Shown here: in pieces, positions 62,498 through 64,000 of the stretch
Layout: each line of letters opens with the position of its first letter
Numbering within the stretch: position 1 is the first letter of the stretch
Assembly: GCA_963772835.1 (NCBI GenBank)
Contig: CAVYYZ010000002.1
Coordinates: forward strand, 288,001 to 352,000
DNA: 64,000 nucleotides
Origin: an uncultured delta proteobacterium
Lineage (GTDB): Bacteria > Desulfobacterota > Desulfuromonadia > Geobacterales > Pseudopelobacteraceae
Direction: 5' to 3'
The notes under the pieces: model-generated
What the model was told of the DNA's origin: nothing
The model's input: only the letters and a program-made list of their open reading frames with translations
Database searches by the model: none
Made by a program: the position numbers and the translations under genes

Positions 62498-64000
62498 ATG
62501 GCAAAAGGTAAAACCGCCGCTCGCAAACTGCCACGGGGGGTGATGTTCCGATGGGCGGCATGGTTTCTTGCATTAAATTCAGTCATACTTATGCTTGTTT
62601 CTCTGAATTTCCTGAAATCAATGACTTTTCCTGACACGACGTTAGCGAAAGTTTTTCTTCTCCTGGCCTACCCCGGCCACTTCATATCTCTGGCTTTTTA
62701 TCTGTTCCCCGTCATTTCGCTGGCTATTCTCGTGCATCCGGTGCGCAGATTCTTATTCAGCCTGTCGATATGCCTGGAAACTGCTGTAATTCTTCTTGTT
62801 ATCGTTGACAGTCTTGTTTTTGCCCAATATCGTTTTCATCTTAACGGCATGGTATGGAATCTTCTGACCGGCGGCGCGGCAAAGGACATACTCCCGGTAA
62901 CCAATATGCTCTGGCTTGTCCTTGCGGTTTCAATCGCCGTCATCGCTTTTATTGAATGGGCGCTCGCGTATGCAGCCTGGTACTGGGCACAAAAGAACCC
63001 GCCACGGTTCGGAATTGTCATTGCCACGATAGCCGTACTGGTTATCATTGCCGGCCACAGCATGCATGTGTGGGCAGATGCACATCACTATACACAGATA
63101 ACAAAGCAGGTACGGTACCTCCCCGCCTACAAACCCCTCACAATGAAACACATGATGGCGAGAATGGGATTTGCCTCAGAACCAAAGAATGACGAGTTGT
63201 ACATGGGAGCCGGGAACAGTGCGCTGAGATACCCGATGGAAACCATCTCCTGTCCTGACAAGCAGGTGAAGCAGAATGTACTCCTGATTGTAATCGACAG
63301 CCTGCGTTCTGATATGCTGTCACCTGAAATAACCCCCAACATCTGGCGGTTGGCTCAAGAGAGCTGGCGCTTTGAAAATCACTTCAGCTCCGGCAATACG
63401 ACACGCTTTGGAATATTTGGACTCTTCTACGGGCTTTACGGCACCTATTGGCACTCTCTGCTGGCAGAAGAAAAAAGTCCCGTACTGATGAGGGAGTTTG
63501 AAAAACAGCAGTACCGGATGAAAATACTGGCCAGCGCCCCCCTCATTAATCCGGAATTTGACCGCACGGTCTTTTCTGACATACGGAACACAATCGAACT
63601 GCGCCAAACAGGAGCTGGTTCCGTTGAAAATGATCGGATTATCACAAACAAGATGGTCGATTATATTGCTTCATCCCCAATGAGTAAGCCTTTTTTTGGC
63701 TTTATGTTTTATGATTCACCGCATGTCGCAGGCCACCCTGCAGAAATAGCCCCGTTTCAACCGGCGTTAAAGGACGTAAATCATCTCACCCTGAACAGCA
63801 GTACCGATCAGGTGCCATACTTTAATAAATACAAAAATGCCGTGTATTACAATGACATTCTGGTCGGGGAGGTTTTGAGTCAACTAAAGAAAAGCCGGCT
63901 TCTGGAACATACAGTAATCATCATTACCGGCGATCATGGTGAAGAGTTCAATGATCTGAAATTGAACTATTGGGGGCATATCGGTAATTTTGCTCATTTT
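62498..64000 (+). CDS. YejM/PbgA(LapC)-like protein, five TM helices plus sulfatase/alkaline-phosphatase fold; 3' end runs off the window
   Basis: Not in the ORF track. Manual translation from ATG 62498: RWAAWFLALN...GHFISL...DSLVFAQYRFHLN...HVWADAHHYTQIT...LPAYKPLT...NVLLIVIDSLR...FENHFSSGNTT...TGDHGEEF...YWGH. Confidence 0.85.
   Translation, partial: MAKGKTAARKLPRGVMFRWAAWFLALNSVILMLVSLNFLKSMTFPDTTLAKVFLLLAYPGHFISLAFYLFPVISLAILVHPVRRFLFSLSICLETAVILLVIVDSLVFAQYRFHLNGMVWNLLTGGAAKDILPVTNMLWLVLAVSIAVIAFIEWALAYAAWYWAQKNPPRFGIVIATIAVLVIIAGHSMHVWADAHHYTQITKQVRYLPAYKPLTMKHMMARMGFASEPKNDELYMGAGNSALRYPMETISCPDKQVKQNVLLIVIDSLRSDMLSPEITPNIWRLAQESWRFENHFSSGNTTRFGIFGLFYGLYGTYWHSLLAEEKSPVLMREFEKQQYRMKILASAPLINPEFDRTVFSDIRNTIELRQTGAGSVENDRIITNKMVDYIASSPMSKPFFGFMFYDSPHVAGHPAEIAPFQPALKDVNHLTLNSSTDQVPYFNKYKNAVYYNDILVGEVLSQLKKSRLLEHTVIIITGDHGEEFNDLKLNYWGHIGNFAHF

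Noticed and set aside
62452..63651. Short ORFs in the track over the last 1.5 kb
   Set aside because: All overlap the single open plus-strand YejM-like frame starting at 62498.
1..64000. CRISPR arrays, rRNA, integrases, transposases, phage or defence genes
   Set aside because: No spaced direct repeats or diagnostic motifs were seen; short degenerate remnants could have been missed.

Overview
Bacterial chromosomal window, mostly core genes. Gene order (surE-pcm-rpoS-apt, a fused nuoBCD, murA-hisGDCB, lysS-lolCE-lolD-bamA-skp-lpxD-fabZ-lpxA-gnnAB-lpxB) points to a Geobacter/Pelobacter-like Desulfuromonadia; this is inferred, not searched. Layout: (1) 1-4520: quinone oxidoreductase, surE-pcm-rpoS-apt, tRNA-Arg(CCT). 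(2) 4520-15500: accessory block after the tRNA with an Fn3-GH16 lipoprotein, a small lipoprotein, a CheY-like regulator, a short transcript carrying two DxPPE mini-ORFs, a stand-alone nuoA-nuoBCD pair and a hybrid kinase/HD-GYP pair. (3) 15650-26109: murA-hisGDCB, cpoB, a membrane pyrophosphatase, rne. (4) 26273-46172: outer-membrane and lipid A operon with gnnA/gnnB, a frameshifted lpxB, a PAP2 phosphatase and an inverted Kdo-kinase/heptosyltransferase pair. (5) 46220-64000: mosaic surface-polysaccharide locus ending in a Dlt-like cassette (Acs-type adenylating enzyme, ACP, MBOAT with FLYFQF tail, SGNH-like protein) and a PbgA/YejM homolog that appears to keep its catalytic residues. The best candidate for an undescribed system is that ACP-dependent glycan acylation cassette (57885-62428). 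No CRISPR, rRNA, integrase or transposase was recognised. All calls come from reading motifs by eye; no database searches were run.
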